From the NCBI RefSeq assembly GCF_000006765.1, contig NC_002516.2: a stretch of DNA of 64,000 nucleotides; one strand, written 5' to 3'. Source of the stretch: Pseudomonas aeruginosa PAO1. Its GTDB lineage: Bacteria > Pseudomonadota > Gammaproteobacteria > Pseudomonadales > Pseudomonadaceae. This document shows positions 58,148 to 64,000 of the stretch, in pieces (the stretch's first letter is position 1; each line of letters starts with the position of its first letter). The translations under genes were made by a program, and so were the position numbers. The notes beneath the pieces are model-generated. The model did not search any database. It had not been told where the DNA came from and was given only the letters and a program-made list of their open reading frames with translations.

Positions 58148-59554
58148 TTACCGGTGACCGGCGCGGACAAGATCCTCCACGGTTTCCTCGATGCTCTCGC
58201 GCAGCACCCGGACCACGGTATCGACCTGTTCGCGGGTGAGGATCAGCGGCGGCGACATCACGTTCAGGTGGACGATCGGACGAACCAGCAGGCCGCGCTT
58301 CTGCGCCCGCAGGTGGACCCACTCGCCGATGTTCAGGCTTTCCGGAAACAGCGCCTTGCTCGCCTTGTCGGCGACGAACTCGACACAGGCCATGAAGCGC
58401 ATCCCGCGCACGTCGCCGACGATGGGCAGGTCGCGGAGGCTTTGCAGGCGCTCCTCGAAGTAGCGGCCGACCTCGTCGGCGTGGGCGAGCAAGCCCTCGC
58501 GCTCGATGATCTCGATGTTCTTCAGCGCCGCCGCGCAGGCCACCGGGTGGCCGGAGTAGGTGAAACCATGGCTGAAGCAGCGGCCCTTGTCCGGCTCGGC
58601 GATCACCTCCCAGATGCGCCGGGAGAAGATGCACGCGCCCAGCGGCTGGTAGCCGGAGGTGAGGCCCTTGGCGGTGAGGATGATGTCCGGCTGTACGCCG
58701 AACACCGCCTGGCTGGCGAAGAAGTGGCCGAGGCGGCCGAAGGAGGTCACCACTTCGTCGGAGATGTACAGCACGTCGTAGCGCTGGCACAGCTCCCACA
58801 TCCGCCTGTGGTAGCCCGCGGGCGGGACGATCACGCCGCCGGAGCCGAACACCGGCTCGGAGATGAACGCCCCCACCCGGTCGGCGCCCAGTTCGAGGAT
58901 CTTGCGTTCGAACTCGTCCACCAGGCCATCGAGGAACTCGGCTTCGCCCAGCCCTTCCGGAGCGCGGTAGTAATAGGGACAGGCGAGGTGGTGGATGCGC
59001 TCGTCGAGGAAGTCGAACTCGGCCGGCCGGTCGGCGCTCTTGCCGCCCAGCGACATGCCGAGGAAGGTCGAGCCGTGGTAGGCGTTGATCCGCGTGATGA
59101 CGTGCTTCTTGGCGCGCTTGCCGCGGCAGTTCTGGTAGTAGTGCATGAGGCGGATCGCGGTGTCCACGGCGGTGGAACCGCCGGTGGTGAGGAACACGTG
59201 GTCGAGGTCGCCGGGGGCCAGCTCGGCGAGCTTGCGGCAGAGTTCGATGGCGCGCGGGTTGGCCATGTCGCAGAAGGGATTGGAATAGGCCAGCAGGCGG
59301 GTCTGCTCGGCCACGGTGCGAGCCATTTCCTCGCGCCCCAGGCCGATGTTGGTGCACCACATGCCGCCCACCGCGTCGAGGTAGCGGTTGCCGGCGGTGT
59401 CGTAGATATAGGCGCCGTCGCCGGCGGCGATGTTCAGCGAGCCGTTGACGCGGTGGTCGTCGAACACGTGGTAGCCGTGCATGTAGTGGGCCTGGTCGGC
59501 ACGGACCAGGTCGGCGTCGCCGAGGGGGGACGTGGCGTGCAGTCTTGCGTTCAT
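58148..59554 (-). CDS. Class III (omega-amine) PLP aminotransferase
   Basis: YLDAVGGMWC, YHGST, ISDEVVTSFGRLG and TAKGLTSG motifs. Confidence 0.93.
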   Translation of the reverse strand: MNARLHATSPLGDADLVRADQAHYMHGYHVFDDHRVNGSLNIAAGDGAYIYDTAGNRYLDAVGGMWCTNIGLGREEMARTVAEQTRLLAYSNPFCDMANPRAIELCRKLAELAPGDLDHVFLTTGGSTAVDTAIRLMHYYQNCRGKRAKKHVITRINAYHGSTFLGMSLGGKSADRPAEFDFLDERIHHLACPYYYRAPEGLGEAEFLDGLVDEFERKILELGADRVGAFISEPVFGSGGVIVPPAGYHRRMWELCQRYDVLYISDEVVTSFGRLGHFFASQAVFGVQPDIILTAKGLTSGYQPLGACIFSRRIWEVIAEPDKGRCFSHGFTYSGHPVACAAALKNIEIIEREGLLAHADEVGRYFEERLQSLRDLPIVGDVRGMRFMACVEFVADKASKALFPESLNIGEWVHLRAQKRGLLVRPIVHLNVMSPPLILTREQVDTVVRVLRESIEETVEDLVRAGHR

Positions 59555-59700
59555 CGGGCTGTCGCTCTTCTCGGATGGATGCTCCGAGGGTGCAAGAGCA
59601 CCGCGCGGCGGGCCATACCCCATTTTGGGGTAAGCGCTGGGTGCGGCCGACGCGGCTTGCTATCCTGCGGCGACAACGACAAGAACGAGCCGTACCGTCC

Positions 59701-60519
59701 ATGCAGGCCATCGCCCCGAACGCGCTCGACCGCTGGCACGAACACCTGGCGCTGGCGATCCGGCGCCTGCGCCAACCCGACTTCCTCGCCGCGCTGGTCG
59801 ACGCCATCCACCAACTGGTGCCGATCGAGTCGAGCATGATCAGCCTGGAACGCAAGGGCCACGCGCCCACCCTGCTCTACGAGCGCGGCATCGCCGAGCG
59901 CTTCCGCGAGGCGATCATCCGCCGCTACTTCTCTCGCGGCTACCTGCTCGACCCTTTCTGCCTGGCGGTGGAGGAAGGCCTTCCGGAAGGCTTCTACACC
60001 CTCGGCGAGATCGCCCCCGACGACTTCTTCCAGAGCGCCTACTACCAGACCTACTACCTCGGCGCCGGAGCGGTGGAGGACGTCTACTACATCCTCGACC
60101 TCGGCCCTACCGAGAAGCTCTCGATCTGTCTCTACAACGGCCTTTCGGCGAGCCGCTACAGCGACGCCCAGGTCGCCGCCCTCGCCGGCCTGGCGCCGCC
60201 GGTGCTGGAGCTGGCCCGGCAGTTCTGCGCCGGGCGCGCCGACCTCTCGCCGAACCCGCAGGCCGACCTCGCCCCGCGCCTTCAGGAAGTGCTGCGCGGC
60301 TTCGGTCGCGGCGTGCTCACCGACCGCGAACGCGAGGCTTGCCACCTGCTGCTCAGCGGCCACTCGGCGAAATCCAGCGCGCGGCTGATGGACATCTCCC
60401 CGGAGACCGTGCGCATGCACCGGAAGAATCTCTACACCAAGCTGGAAGTCGGCTCGCAGTCGGAACTGTTCGCGCTGTTCATCGAGTGCCTGAGCCAGGG
60501 GCAGCGCGTCGGCCCCTGA
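59701..60519 (+). CDS. LuxR-type HTH regulator with an N-terminal GAF-like sensing region
   Basis: LTDREREAC..GHSAK..ISPETVRMHRKNLYTKL; divergent from the aminotransferase. Confidence 0.9.
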   Translation: MQAIAPNALDRWHEHLALAIRRLRQPDFLAALVDAIHQLVPIESSMISLERKGHAPTLLYERGIAERFREAIIRRYFSRGYLLDPFCLAVEEGLPEGFYTLGEIAPDDFFQSAYYQTYYLGAGAVEDVYYILDLGPTEKLSICLYNGLSASRYSDAQVAALAGLAPPVLELARQFCAGRADLSPNPQADLAPRLQEVLRGFGRGVLTDREREACHLLLSGHSAKSSARLMDISPETVRMHRKNLYTKLEVGSQSELFALFIECLSQGQRVGP

Positions 60520-60522
60520 GAC

Positions 60523-62444
<1,922 letters not shown>

Positions 62445-62448
<4 letters not shown>

Positions 62449-63851
62449 GACAGCTCGCTCCGCAGTCGCGGCAACTGGGCGAGGAACGCCGGCTCGTCGT
62501 CGAGCTGGCGCAGATCGAGCCAGAGGGCGTCGTCGTCGAGCCGACCGATCACCGGCAGCGGCAGCCCGCGCAGGGCTTCCTCGAGGTTGCGCAGGGCGCG
62601 TCCGCGCAGGCGCCTGGGCTGCCGCGGACGCAGGCACAGCGCGGCGCTGGCCAGCCGCGCCACCGGCTGCGCGCCGCTGCCGATCATGCCCAGGGCGTCG
62701 ACCACAGCGACCTCCCAGCCCTCGCCGAGCGCCTCGCCCAGCGCCGGCGCCAGACGCTCGGCCTGGGCGCGGATCTCCGCCGCCGGGCGGCTGAGCAGGC
62801 GCAGGGTGGTCAGGCGTTCGGCGAGGCGGTCCGGATCGCGGTACAGGCCGAGCACCGCCTCGAGGGCGGCGAGGGTCAGCTTGTCGACGCGCAGAGCGCG
62901 CTTGAGCGGGTTCTTCTTGATCCGCCCGATCAGTTCGCGGTTGCCGAGGATCAGCCCGGCCTGGGGCCCGCCGAGCAATTTGTCGCCGCTGAAGGTAACG
63001 ATGTCGGCGCCGTCGGCCAGGGCTTCCTGCACCGTCGGTTCCTTGGGCAAGCCCCAGCGGGTCAGGTCCACCAGGGTGCCGCTGCCGAGGTCTTCCAGCA
63101 GCGGCAGGCCGTGGCCATGGGCGATGGCCGCCAGTTGCGCGGTGGGCACGCTGGCGGTGAAGCCCTGGACGCTGTAGTTGCTGGTGTGCACGCGCATCAG
63201 CAGGCCGCTGCGCGGGCCGATGGCGGCTTCGTAGTCCTTGGCGTGGGTGCGGTTGGTGGTGCCCACCTCGTGCAAGCGCACGCCGGCGCGGGCCATGATG
63301 TCGGGAATGCGGAAGGCGCCGCCGATCTCGATCAGCTCGCCGCGCGAGATGATCCCTTCCTTGCGCGCCCCCAGGCTGTTCAGCGCCAGCAGCACCGCCG
63401 CCGCGTTGTTGTTGACCACGGTGACCGCCTCGGCGCCGGTGAGTTCGCGGATCAGCCCGGCGATCAGGTCGTCGCGGTCGCCGCGCTTGCCGCTGGCCAG
63501 GTCGAACTCCAGGTTCAGCGGGTAGCGCGCGGCCAGGGTGATCGCCTCGATGGCTTCGTCCGGCAGCAGGGCGCGGCCGAGGTTGGTATGCAACACCGTG
63601 CCGGTCAGGTTGAACACCCGCCGCACGCGGCTGGCATGCTGCGCGGCGAGGCGTTCGCCGGCGCGCCCGGCGAGCACCGCCTCGCTCAGTTCGATCTCGG
63701 CGAGGGCACCGTGTCGGGCCGGCTCGCGCAGTTCGTCGAGCAGGTCGCGGAGGGTCGCCAGCAACGCCTCGCGGCCATAGCGCTGGTGCAGGGGAGCGGC
63801 CGCCGCGCTGCGCAGCAGGCGGTCGACCGAAGGCAAGCGAACGGAACTCAT
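62445..63851 (-). CDS. selA: L-seryl-tRNA(Sec) selenium transferase
   Basis: [21 protein letters not shown] and [13 protein letters not shown] (PLP Lys). Confidence 0.97.
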
Positions 63852-63929
63852 GGAGAAACCTTATCCACAGGGTAGGGTCACCGACACGCCCATCATAGAC
63901 GCGTCGGCGCATGCCCGCAGCGTCTTCGG

Positions 63930-64000
63930 CTATTCGCCGCCGGGGGCCAGCAACAGGTTCGGCGAACGCCGCAGGTAGCCGTCCTCGGCCAGGCGCATGT
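63930..64000 (-). CDS. fdhE: Formate dehydrogenase accessory protein FdhE, 3' end only (truncated by the window)
   Basis: Frame reads MRLAEDGYLRRSPNLLLAPGGE* and lies directly upstream of selA. Confidence 0.75.
   Translation of the reverse strand, partial: MRLAEDGYLRRSPNLLLAPGGE

Overview
This is a GC-rich Pseudomonas aeruginosa chromosomal window. From recall, the gene order matches the PAO1 PA4747-PA4809 region, and the pmrA Leu71 and pmrB Tyr345 codons are the PAO1-type alleles. The first half is core genome: tRNA-fMet, tRNA-Leu, secG-tpiA-glmM-folP-ftsH-rlmE, yhbY, greA-carB-leuE-carA, dapB-dnaJ-dnaK-grpE, recN, fur/bamE, ratAB/smpB, the lldR/lldPDE lactate locus, the speD-speE-orf-pmrAB operon and cueR. 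The second half holds poorly characterised metabolic and regulatory genes, tRNA-Sec, selB, selA and the 3' end of fdhE. The only mobile element is a ~1.37 kb IS110-superfamily element of the IS1111 type (probably ISPa11) at 50521-51892. It sits inside a GTAG-family REP palindrome with no multi-base target-site duplication. Its 3' non-coding end folds into two loops. One loop carries short segments matching both strands of the REP target; the other carries segments matching both strands of the element's own circle junction. This is the signature of an RNA-guided (bridge/seek RNA) recombinase and is the most striking signal here. Secondary observations include a DUF925-like gene coupled to an EamA gene, a mycobacterial-like fadA2/fabG4/htdX cluster, a GNAT-DsrE-GcvH-like operon, a ParD-like tail on a GrpB protein and a possible ACG start codon. 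All family assignments are by motif recognition and recall; no database searches were run.
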